Shown here in pieces: positions 26,668-37,851 of a DNA stretch of 64,000 nucleotides (positions within the stretch are counted from its first letter, which is position 1; every line of letters begins with the position of its first letter). The position numbers and the translations under genes are program-made. The stretch is from the NCBI GenBank assembly GCA_047495785.1, contig JBLDXI010000011.1:1178001-1242000 (forward strand), read 5' to 3'. The DNA is from Lepidodermella squamata (lineage: Eukaryota > Animalia > Gastrotricha). The notes beneath the pieces were generated by a model. It had not been told where the DNA came from. It worked only from the letters and a program-made list of their open reading frames with translations, and did no database searches.

Positions 26668-28213
26668 TTAGTATTCCAATGGGAGATGAGCGTATCTGCC
26701 GATAGTCAGGTTACGGAAAAAATTGTTTATCTGAAATACATGATTAAAACAGCAATAGACGCTAATTCTCACAACATACCTTCGTTTCATCCCAATTAAA
26801 CGTGTGAGTTACGATCTCTTCCGCGCCACGCAACATTTTTACTTTCATGCGATCAGATAATGGATACTTGTTGTTATCAGCCAAGTTAGGGTTGTTGAAA
26901 GTAAACGTCACACTGATAGTAGGCTGATCAGCTCCTGACTCCACTTGATGCCACCAATACTCAGGAAGATATATCACCTCCCCCGGGCTGATAAATGCTT
27001 CATAAGCTTCAATCTTTGACAGCAAAGGAAATCTTTCGAAATCAGGATTCTCAAAGTCAACAGGAGACTGTCTGTCACATGGATGATACATCGGGAAGGC
27101 ATATATATTTCGGAATTGAGACGGTGGGAAGATCAAGAAGCGTTTTGTACCTTTCACCTGGGCGACGAATATTTCGAACTCGTCGTAGTGAGAAGGTGTA
27201 ATGCTGTCTTCATGAGCTATCAGAAGAAGATTCTGTTTGTACCCAGGCTCATAATTGTTGCGCTGTTGGTGCTTATTCACCCATTGCCAGTTAAATTTCT
27301 GGACATCTTCTTTGAGTTCTTCTAGGGTTTCGTTCACCAGTGGCTGCTGAATGTACATCCTTCTATCTGCCGTATGGCGTTTTTGAAATTCATCATAGAA
27401 TTCCTTCATTGTAATATGAATCCTCTCATAAGGCCGCTCGTAGTTGGCAACATTTTTCACATTTTTCTCAGCGAAATAAAGAAATCTATTGGTTTTCGAA
27501 ACAAATACTTGATACAGGCCCTTGTTGCTTTTGTCCCTGAGATATTCCAATGTCCAGTTCAGTGCATTATCAACGAGCTTGGTACCAGTTATGACTACCG
27601 GTTTCTGAAAATATACGGGACTTATAACAAGGACGACAATTTAAAATGTAGAGTTGTGGTAAAAATATATTTCATAATCGGGCAACACGTACAGGCATAA
27701 TAGACATAATCAGTATATCCTCATTACGAAAATTACGGCCTTGGAGTGATATTACGAAAAGTCCAAAAATCATTGAAGTTCCTCACGTTCTCAAGTCAAG
27801 AAAAAAATGAATCCCTAACAATGGTGCAGCGAATGACAATTGAAAAATCGTTTACCTGTTTCGATATCATTTCGTCAACTTGAGGATCGTCTGCTGACAT
27901 TTTCGGTATGCTTTTTGTTTTGAGGAAGTACTCGCGAAACTTTGGCCTATTGTCGTTCATTGTTGATGGTTCGACAGCTGGGGAGTTCGTCGGGCTCTGA
28001 AAAATACGATAATGGCCTTCTATAATGGCACTTGCCTGGAAATCCACGTCGTGGGTGTGAGACGCGATGCAAAGAACTTGACGATATTTTAATACGCAAA
28101 TGAAATGAAATCTCGCTCACCTGGGCATTTATTATTTGAATCAATCTGCAAAGGTCGCAAAGTGATATCAACAGGAAATAAAAGGCAAATTAATTATTTA
28201 CGCGACTATCCAT
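26668..28213 (-). CDS. FIH/HIF1AN-like JmjC oxygenase 2 (exons 28213-28121 [in-frame TAA at codon 8], 28035-27856, 27604-26780, 26730-26668); may instead start at ATG ~27960
   Basis: TPSHYDE, GTKR, HPCDRQSPVDF, WWHQVES and terminal GRY are intact; intron positions match gene 1; the 5' end is uncertain. Confidence 0.85.
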
Positions 28214-28674
28214 GCGATAACGAGGGAATTGACGTAAAGTGACATAGGTTAACTCCTAGAAATTTTTCAACTTGAGCAGGAAGTTTTTGAGATTCGCAAA
28301 ACTGCAAAAAAAAGAATTACAATGATGTGGCCATTTCAGCCAAGAGAAATGCGTACGCACAGCAAAAGCGGAGTGTTCAGGTTGCAGGTTTTTCCTCAAA
28401 GAAATATCACACGACAGACGACTCTGGTTGTGATGTCCGCTAACATAATTTAACTGCTTCAGCAACGACAAATAATAATACTTCAGATACTGTCGGAACT
28501 ATTTTTGTGGAAAATCAGGATGTTTATAAGCATATTTCAATTATTTTAAGATATGATTAAAATAGGAATACCAACTTTGTTCGGTAAGTCTGTTACAGAC
28601 TTCAAGACTTATGTTGCCCCGCGTTTTTGTAAAATTTCAATTCGACAAAGTGGAACTCGATTGAATATTAAATA

Positions 28675-29041
28675 TAACTTTGCATCCCGCACTAGTGCGG
28701 GACGTGCGGGATGACCTGCGGGATGCGTCCCACAGATGATCCCGCTGATGCTGCGGGATCGTCCCGCACCCGTCCCGCACCCGTCCCGCACTGTTATCCC
28801 GCACCATCCTGCACATCATCCCGCAGCTGCCATCCCGCACTTCTTCAGCAGGACCGTTGCGTGATCCCGCACCCTCCATAATCTCAGCTGCGGGACGCGG
28901 TCCGGCATAGACTGCGGGATAGGCGGGATGGACTGCGGGATGAGCTGCGGGATAGGCGGGATGGACTGCGGGATGAAATGCGGGATGCTGCGGGATGAGA
29001 ATGACGGTTCCTTCCCGCACCGAGTGCGGGATGCAAAGTTA
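28675..29041. mobile_element. MITE built of GCGGGAT/ATCCCGC repeats
   Basis: Perfect TIR taactttgcatcccgcact / agtgcgggatgcaaagtta; dense internal gcggga repeats in both orientations. Confidence 0.85.
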
Positions 29042-29135
29042 AAAGTATCCGAGGTGTTGTCACTAGGAAACCGGCAGCTGCAACTACAGTCCTCGACTGC
29101 TACGTTGAAAACAGGAACTCGATATTAGAACCTAT

Positions 29136-30244
29136 AGTACGCGGCATAATTATTTTTTCATGTTTTCAAGCTATAATTTATCGAAGATCGAAGCTGATAC
29201 GAAGACATCTTTTATGCAAAATAAAGCTTGCGTTTCAGGGAATTTGAACAAAAAACCGCCTCCTTTTATTATGCGTAGTTCAAGAGTGGCATGAAAATGA
29301 GTGTAAATATATCATGGTTAAAGGAATCATTTTTTGAGAAAGTTATTTTTTGATCATGTGCGCCTGAATTCGGTCGCCATTGACAGCAACGCACAGAAAG
29401 ACCCGCTCTCGAAATTGGTCGATGGTCGATTGGTGCAATACGTCTGGTTGTAGATTCATCTCTTAAGAAGGCGTTGATCAACGCAATCTTCGACTCGAAG
29501 ACTCCATCCTTGAGGTGCGAAGCCAGGCGCCTTAGCGCAGTACTGCTTGACAGATTCAGCTAGCGAGCAGAAACCGGCCTCTTTCGCTTCAAACTTCGTT
29601 TCACCACCAGCCTGACTTGCCTCTCCTTCTCTGGCGATCTCTTCGATTTTGAATGAGTTGCATTTTCGGTTTGATGTTCAAATTTTCAATCATCCAGAAA
29701 CTTGCTCACCCAGATTCGCAGAATCTGTGGGTCGGGCGAATCTTGCAAAATTCTTCAGTCTGTGTCGATATTCCCGTAAGGCTAGCGTGAGGGACCGACC
29801 ATTCTCAATATCTCAATGTAAAGAACAATCAAATCTTTACGTATCTGAGTGCTAAACTTAATTTCAACAACCGTGTCAAATAACCATGAATGGTTGTAAG
29901 GCAGTTCAGCAACGTCAGCATAGTCTTCTGCTGAAGAGTCTTTTGCTGAGTTAGTACAGCTGCTTAAGTGTCAGCTGCTGAAGTGTCTATTGCTTATGTG
30001 CTGTTTGCTGAAGTAGCGAATGCTGTAATAAGTTCTGCTGAACTGTCTTACAACCATATAAATAAATCGCACCAAATTTAATGCAACGCCGATTTTTTAA
30101 CGTCGATCATTAAAATTTGAGGTTCCCATAACAAAACGTACCTGAAACGCAAGCTTTACTTTGCAAAAAGATGGTCTTCGTATCAGCTTCGATCTTCGAT
30201 AAATTATAGCTTGAAAACTTCTAATACAAATTATGCCGCGTACT
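29136..30244. mobile_element. Non-autonomous TIR element (arms ~105 bp) with a nested MITE at 29892-30055
   Basis: agtacgcggcataat...gcgtttcagg vs cctgaaacgc...attatgccgcgtact; nested ggttgtaaggcagttcagca / tgctgaactgtcttacaacc. Confidence 0.8.
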
Positions 30245-30537
30245 TTTGTTCATGAGTTCTTCCTTCTGAGTTTGTTTTTGGCGTCAAAGTCAAAGTTCAG
30301 AGAGTTGCACCTTTGGGTTTTTCTTTTTTATTAGACGCAAATACTATCGAGTAGTCGATTAAGCGCGCCTTCGCACTTTCCGCTTCTCTACACAGCTATC
30401 AATTTCGCAACCAGCCGCTATTGCTCGCATAACCGGAACGACATGCGCACGAGTTACGAGAATTACGGGCCCTCCTTACATTGCGCAATCAGAGGGTAAA
30501 TGTGGATCTTTACGAAAACACAAACTCAGATTATAAT

Positions 30538-30878
30538 TTCTGGACCGCGCCCGCTATTGACAAAAAGATACTTCTGATTGTTTTGGCGGTTTTTATCCTC
30601 TGATAAAGTTCAGACAATTCTCTATCGAATAGATATAGGTTTCTCGCAAAAGGATTATGGGAAAATCTTACGCGCGACTTCAATTTCGTTCTCAGGCGAG
30701 AGAGCGCGCTCTCATCCTGTGCGCATATTTTGAGGTGCGCGTAAAACTTATTTTCATGATTTTTTCACGCGAGAACCCTATATCTCTTCGATAGCGAATT
30801 GTTAGAATTATTTTGTAGTGTGAAAACCGACGCGATGTTTGGAAGTAATTCTTTGAAATCCGTGCGCGCGGTCTAGAA
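30538..30878. repeat. Degenerate palindromic MITE-like element
   Basis: acaattctctatcgaatagatataggtttctcgc vs gcgagaaccctatatctcttcgatagcgaattgt; outer ttctggaccgcgc / gcgcggtctagaa. Confidence 0.65.
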
Positions 30879-32604
30879 CTTGTTAAAAATCAGGACTAAG
30901 AAAAGTTAACTGATGCGCGCGCTTGTGAGGAATACAAGTGCGCGCGCCTGATTCTCGTCCAGAAAGTCCTGATTGATAAATTGAGTGCACGCGCAACGTT
31001 ATCGCCACGCGCGAGCTGTAGTTGTTAGTTGTTACGCGAAATGTACATAACTTTTACCGAGATCGCCGTATCCTCGCGAATTCAAGATTTTCGCGAAAAT
31101 TACTGTTTTATTACGCAAATATCCAAGGATCGCCCTCGCGAATTTAAAATTTCGCGAAAATATAAAATGGTCATTTTTGGGCAATTCGCGAATTCAAGAT
31201 TACCGCGAAAATGAGTACGTATACAGTATTATCACATGGAATTTCGGCCAATACAAGGCATTAAATTTTCACTCACGAGGAAGGTAACCCTCATAAAACC
31301 AATTTCCTGCTAAAAAGCGAGCTCCAAAACCTCAACTCTTGGTATGAGAGGCGGGAAGTGGCAATTGCAAGGGGCTCGTTGAGGTTTCTAGCGACAATGC
31401 GGGCAGAAAAGTCCTCGGCCGGGAGCGAAAATAGTTTGAGAACAACTGCGTTTAAAAGAAGCTATTTACTTGCCACTCTTGGCCTTGAAACGAGGATAAA
31501 TCCGAGTCTACGACGCTAACGATTTGAGATACAGGATACGGTGTCTATTGTTATTCAAAAATGCTTTTTGCCTAATTTGCGCTTGGAATTTAATTGACGA
31601 ATAATGTATCATTGTTTCCACTATCCGGGTGAATGGCTTTTAATGAGAAAACTACGAGTCCTCTATACAGCAGAGATGAAGTCTCGCACGCTAGCGCGTA
31701 AACAACTCTGAATAAAAGCCTATGCCATTCTCAAGTTGATAAGCTTCGACCAACTAAGCACATTCGCTTTTTACATTGAAACGAGTCCGTATGTACGGAA
31801 GTTATGTCTGAACCGTTTTACGTACGATCATTTCGTGTAGATGCTGATATATTGAACAGACAAATATTGCGAAGGCAAACAGTTAACTGCAGTTACATTG
31901 TGAAATTGGAAAATCTCTGTGTCCATCTGCTTTATCTATCTTGCCTCACATGCTTCGTCATCCGCGGCGATTTTGAATTTTTCAAAATGCCAGTACATTT
32001 TTAGAAATGGAGCGTTCCGCTAAATCAGGTTCCGCCGAGTTCTAAAATCTCTGGCTTTGTTGACTTGGCGGATCAAATTTAGCGGACCAAATCTAGGTGT
32101 AGTACTTGAACTGCTTGAGTGAGGCTAAAGAGCTTAGGTTTGTATAGAAGGTCGTTGGATGGCCCTTTTCAGTAGGAATCGAGCAATCACATGACACACC
32201 TCCAATCTAGCCCGAAACACGGGTCCACTAAAAATTGGCCCGTTGAACTCTGCGACGTTAGCCACATAATGGAAAAGAAGTTCCGCGTAGCGAAGCATAA
32301 CATTGAGGGTAGAAAGGATGAGTTTTGCTCAGAGGTGCCCTAAATATCACTCCATTTTTACAAATGAACAATGAAATACGCAAATTGTTGTTAACAAAAG
32401 CGTTAATACGACGCGATGTATGCATACTCGTGGCGCGAATTATCCTCATTCTTGAGATAGAAAACTCCCCCCCCCCCTGAGCCCTCTTGAAAAAGTCAAG
32501 ATTTTTATTTCTGTCAGAATTCATTAAATTCAACAATATTTGTTACGATAATACGATTTGCGGCTAGCCTCAGTCATTCTCCAGCATATTAACCCAAGCA
32601 TAGT

Positions 32605-33886
32605 TCATTTGCTCATCGGCAGCGATACGTATCTGCCCACTGTGAGGTCACGAAAGAATGTTGTAAGCTGAAAATTAAATGCGAACAGGAAATGAGAGCG
32701 ATATTGGATGAATAGAACTCACCTCGTTTTCATTAAAATTGAATACCTGCGTGAATATCTTCTCAACGTTGCGCATCAGGTCAAAGTTGTTTGGTTCAGT
32801 TGACAGAACTTTCTGACTTTCGGCCTTAATTTTCAAATGGTACTTAATACTAATAGACGGATTGTTGGAGCTCGATTCAATTTGGTGCCACCAGCGAGAT
32901 GGAATGAGGATAATATCGCCAGGATTTAGGACAGCTTCTGAAGCAATGACGCCTGCGGCTGACGGAAACTTTGTGAAGTCGGGTTTCTCCAGGTCAACTT
33001 GGGAGTACTTATCACATGGATGATAATAAGGATAGGAATATAAATTGCCGAACTGCGACGGCTCGAATAGTATTACTCGGCTTGTGCCGCTCACTTGCAA
33101 CAAGATGAGATACTCCTCCTCGTAACCAGTTACAAGCTTGCTTTTCTCTTCGCTGACCATCAAAAAGCTTGAATCTATTTCTACCTGATGGCTAGGGTCG
33201 ACATGTTTTGCTATCCATTCGGAGAACATTGGCTTAACAGCGTTTTGCAGGGCTGGCAGTTTTGCAGTGTTTTGCAGGAGAAAAATCGTATTTGAATCGA
33301 GATGTCTTTCCTCGAATGCATCGTGAAACTGAGCGAAACTCATTTCTACAGCCTTAACCGAACTTTTAAAATTCTTGACGTGCTTCTTCTTTGTTTCGCT
33401 GCATTCTAAGAAGCGCTTGTTCTCGGAAATTCTAATATCAAAGATTTCGTCTCCATATTCCTCGAGCATTTCGTCTAGGGTGAAATCGTGAGCATCTAAA
33501 CCGTTATCAGAAATCACAATAGGTTCCTGCTTTACATGGAATTTTACAATCGTTAAACAGTTGACCCAGAGACTAACGTTATTCAGTTTGAGCTTTTCCT
33601 CGGAAAGTTTGATTCTCGGAATTGGCTGTGTTTGGAAGTAGTATTGCTGAAATAGTTTGGATTTTGAGCAGCCATCTCCAGCAGTCGCATCACAGTAGTC
33701 CTGGAAACAAAGATGGATCATCTAGATCAGAGAGGCCAAATTTCAATATTTTTCTTACTTCTGTGCTGCTACAGGCTGCTCTGCTGAGCCTGAAGTTAAT
33801 TATTTTACGATTAGGCTGAATGTAGCTTTATCAACTCACACATGAGCAATGAAGATGAGAAAATGAAAAGATGACATAGGCTGCAT
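32605..33886 (-). CDS. FIH/HIF1AN-like JmjC paralog 3, predicted catalytically dead, with signal peptide (exons 33886-33840, 33789-33759, 33700-33578, 33526-32723, 32667-32605)
   Basis: LYSYPYYHPCDKYSQVD, PGDIILIP, WWHQIES, MRNVE and GRY are retained, but TPAHYDE is replaced by VTGYEE and GTKR by GTSR. The spliced N-terminus reads MQPMSSFHFLIFIAHVLSRAAC; all introns are 50-58 nt. Confidence 0.87.
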
Positions 33887-34320
33887 GTGATTCCTTAGGG
33901 TCGAACACGATCTCAAATAAGTTTCTGAAATATTGGAATTTGTTTCTATAGATAAGTTAAGTTGACTAATGAGTAAGAGAAATTAGAACAAATACGAAGC
34001 TGGAGAGAAGGTACAAATAAAAACTGCAAAGTAATTTAAGCTCTTTTCTAGTTTTATTTTAACCAAATGTCTTCATGATTTCAATTCCGGAACAAAAAAC
34101 TTGTGAACTGTCTATGAATTTCATGTTGATGACACAGCATTTGGCATTTGGGTCTGACGTAACGGGACATTTTGGACATGTCAACTACGACCCACATAAC
34201 ATGGACATAAAAAGTGTGCATCGCACCGGCGGAATTAGCAAAGACCCTAATAAATTTAAAACTTAGCAGGCCTTCTACTTTGGAAAATTAAGCGACAAGT
34301 TAGAAACGTTAGACTATCTA

Positions 34321-34701
34321 ATGAATTTAGCCCATTTTCTCTTCGCGGTTTTGGCTTGGGCAGTTACGATGGCTGTTCAACCGGGCGATGACATTGTGGC
34401 GTTCACAAGGGCACTGGATCTTTTCAAATCATTTGACTACGCAGCCGCCGTTGATGGATTTTTTGAAGCGCAACAAGTTGTCGATCAACTTAAAGAAGCT
34501 GGCTATAAGCCATGGCAGCGGGAGGAAGATATTGTGTTATACTTGGCACAGTCGATCGTTCATTCCACCAAAGACTATGCGAAAGCTGTTAAAATTATAG
34601 AGGACTATACAGGATTTCATACGTCCTATTTAGACCTTTTAGCTCGCTTCGCTAAACAGTATAGTTATGACGCCATCAAGGCGAATAAAACCGAATTGTA
34701 A
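34321..34701 (+). CDS. Small helical (TPR-like) protein with signal peptide and C-terminal KTEL ER-retrieval-like motif, 126 aa
   Basis: MNLAHFLFAVLAWAVTMA leader; TPR-like patterns (ALDLFKSFDYAAAVDGF, YLAQSIVHSTKDYAKAVKIIE); KTEL-stop immediately followed by AATAAA. Confidence 0.8.
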   Translation: MNLAHFLFAVLAWAVTMAVQPGDDIVAFTRALDLFKSFDYAAAVDGFFEAQQVVDQLKEAGYKPWQREEDIVLYLAQSIVHSTKDYAKAVKIIEDYTGFHTSYLDLLARFAKQYSYDAIKANKTEL

Positions 34702-35142
34702 TAAAACACATTTTTCCATTAGCTGTAATAGTTTTTATAATGGTGAATTGAGTTTGATTTGAGGCGAAGTAGTTACCTTAATGAAGAGCCCCCTTGATAC
34801 AGCGAAGATCATATACACTTTTGAGTGCGCGAAGTAGCGGGGAGACTGGGAGTACGGTACTCCCAGTTCCACCAGCCGAGAAAATAACAGGATTTTAGGA
34901 GAACTTAGTCCAACTTCTCGGGATTCCATAGCTACCATGTTCTGTTGAGAATAAGAGCTGTGAATAGATGGGAATTCGTAATATCTGACCAACTATTTAT
35001 ACCCAAGTTAGAATAATAAGTTATAATAAGTCATTGATAAACTTGCATGTGTATAGTCACCCTCTATCATTTAACTTAAATCAAATAATTGGTGAGATAT
35101 TACGAATTCCCATCTATTCACAGCTCTTATTCTCAACCGAAC

Positions 35143-35225
35143 ATGGTAGCGTAGTGGTTAGCGGTGATGCGCTATCTCAGAAGATCCATAGTTCGAGCCC
35201 GACTCCATTGGGCTAGTTTTTTATA
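35143..35225 (+). other. tRNA-derived (SINE-head-like) segment
   Basis: A-box TAGCGTAGTGG and B-box GTTCGAGCC at tRNA-like spacing, followed by a T-run; no clean cloverleaf. Confidence 0.55.
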
Positions 35226-36111
35226 TTTTACTTTTTTTAAAGATTAACGATGACGACGAAATGACGGAATCACGAACTTCTATTAATATGTTGGACTTTG
35301 ATTCTGCATATCCGGACTATATTGTACACTTTTATTGTTTTATTATTTTAGTAATAAAGCTGTTATTTTCGAATTATTCGAGCATAAACGCTCTTGGATC
35401 GTGGACGTAAGACTTTCAGCCGCTAAAACGGCAAACGACCCCCGACCCAGTTGCGCTTGGTAAGACGAAACGCATTATTCTTTCATCTTTCACCTTCAAC
35501 GGCGTCTTGGCTATGACGTTATTTGAAAACAATGCAATGCCATCATTTCAATGTTTACTTCATATACTTTTGTTATTATTATAATTTATGTGCCAGTTTT
35601 TTTGCGCGTACTAAGGCTTATGGTGCTTTCACAAATGCGTCCGACGGCGAAAACTTCGGTTAGCAACTCGCAAACTTCGGAAAAGTGAAGCGAAACGTCG
35701 GACGGCGTTATCAGTGGCAATTCGGACGCGCGCGCGCAGCGAGACGTCCGACGTACTATTGTTCTTCTCCCGAAGTTAGCGCGCATACCTCTCAACGAGC
35801 GCACGCACTTTTATATAGCGGAAAACGGCCGGGTACAGCAACGTTTTTTTCATTTCGGTCCCAATCCAAAAAATGTTTTCAAATAAAGGTAGATGACGTA
35901 AAAGCAACACGAGCATATATAATTTTACTATTATCGCATTTATCAAGCCCAACATGTTGTTCTTTAGTAAAAATGAAAGCAAATTAAGTCGAAGCACAGT
36001 ATAAGGATGCGAAATGCGAAAATCAGAAATGAGAAAATGAATTTACATTCATGAGATGTTAATCATTTTAGTGCGAATATCAAAAAATCGACAGAAACCG
36101 ACTGCTGAAAT

Positions 36112-37124
36112 TTAGAATTTTCGATTCAGCATTTTTGACTGCCAGGCAACCATGCCCGATTCGGACTGGAACCAGATGGTTAAATTCGAGCGCAACTGCT
36201 GGCCGTGGTCGAAACCCTTTTTCTCGGTGACGCGAATGTTCTCTGGGACGAAATTCGGTAGCGCGCCTTCTTTCTCGATCTCCTGCCACGTGTCCCACGC
36301 CTCGCGATCGCCGATGTTGTAGTTAGAAACCTCGGCCATTGCGAAATTATGAAGCGTACAGATGGCCAGCACGGCGTCTTCTGCCATTTCTGGGCTCAAC
36401 TCCATCACTTTCCGAAGTAGGCGGAATCTAGCTGATGCAATGCCGAATGCGTTTTCGACGACACGCCGACCGCGAGATAAACGATAATTAAAAGTTTGCT
36501 TATTAGCCGGCAAATTTCCGGATGTTTGTCCGGGATAGGGTGAAAGGAAGTTCCAGTCTAGCCCGAACGCCGCATCGCCAACAAAATAATGGTTCGCCTT
36601 CATATTGCCACCAGGTAGAGGAATAGACTCCGTTGGCGTGGTGTTGCTGCAATATTCCAGCAGGCCGCTATTCTTGAATACCCCGCCGTCACTGAAACGG
36701 CCGTGGGCACCGACATCGACCAGGCAGAAGCGATACTTGGCGTCAACCACCGCCATTAGCACAATCGAGTAAGTTCCCTAAAAAAATTAAAATTAAAAAT
36801 TAAAAAATCCAGAAAAATTGAAATTAAAAATTTACAAATTAATTTTGAGAATATTTTTTCAAATAAAATAAAAATAAATAAAAATAAAATAAATAAATAA
36901 ATAAATAAATAAATAACTAAATAAAAATTGCTACCAACCTTATAATTATAGTATTCGCTCCCAGATTTTGCCGGACGAACGATGACGCAGTGTTTTCCGT
37001 CTACCGCGCCGCAGCAGAACGGCAAATTCCAGTACTGGCCAAACTCGGCGGCGTTCTCTCGCCACGTTTCAGCGGTGGGAGTCGGCATGTAAATTGGCAT
37101 TAGGGCGGTTGCACAGCCGTACAC
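36112..37124 (-). pseudogene. Harbinger DDE transposase (HARBI1/DDE_Tnp_4-like), 5'-truncated; exons 37124-36939 and 36777-36112
   Basis: GAVDGKH, YYNYK|GTYSIVLMAVVDA, GRFSDGGVF, VGDAAF, FNYRLSRGRRVVENAFG; the N-terminal region is missing. Confidence 0.92.
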
Positions 37125-37125
37125 C

Positions 37126-37851
37126 TACAAAGACGTGAGCGAGGAGTGGCAGCGTCTTCGCGACCGCTTCACTAAATGCCACTAAAAGCAGTACGTGGCG
37201 AGCGGCTCGGCAGCTGAGAAGACTGTCCGTTTCGCCTTCTACGAGGCGATGACCTTTCTGGCGGACGTAGTGATGTACAAAAACAAGTGAGTTATTTTAT
37301 TTATTTTTTTAAATGAAAAAAAATGCGGAAAATCGGAAACAAATTGCTTAAATTTTTCTTATTTTTGTTGCAGAACGAAGTCGAATTTACCTGCTTCTTC
37401 GGCGTTACCTGCCTCAGTTGCCCGGCAACTTCGCCCCGACACGCCTCACACGCCTCAAACGCCTCACACGCCTCAAACGCCTCACACGCCTCAAGTCAAT
37501 GCTACTGGCGATTCTTCCGGCGACGCTGGTCAGTTGAACCCTCCGCCCGTCTTAGCCGGCGCTCAAGACTCGCAGTCAAACTTCATCGAACAGTCGACAC
37601 CGTCAGCAGCAGCGGCAAGCAGTGGTCGGAAGAAGCGGAAGGCGGAAGAATCTGAAGAACTTGACCCACTTACCCGGGCGATAATCGCCTCGCTCGAGGG
37701 CGAGCCGCTCTTTACAGAGCGCCGTCGCGCTATTAATGAACAATTTGCGTCGATTTTAAATATTATTGATGAATCACCTCTCAGCAAAAGTGAAATAATG
37801 CGCTTATTTTTCGATATTAGTGATTTAGTCCGTCGCACGGTGTACAACTAA
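37126..37851 (+). pseudogene. Harbinger MADF/Myb-like partner, 5'-truncated with premature TAA; exons ~37126-37286 and 37374-37851
   Basis: EEWQRLRDRF...SGS...FYEAMTFL is the C-terminal half of a MADF domain; it splices in frame to a TPH/TPQ-repeat region, an RKKRK motif and ORF 37534-37851. Confidence 0.82.

Noticed and set aside
28637-29020. HPAY/HPAV-repeat protein ORF
   Set aside because: Lies wholly within a MITE of GCGGGAT repeats bounded by TIRs.
35143-35225. Functional tRNA genes here and at 43500-43706 and 51385-51454
   Set aside because: A/B boxes are present, but acceptor and anticodon stems do not pair convincingly and the segments sit in repeat context.
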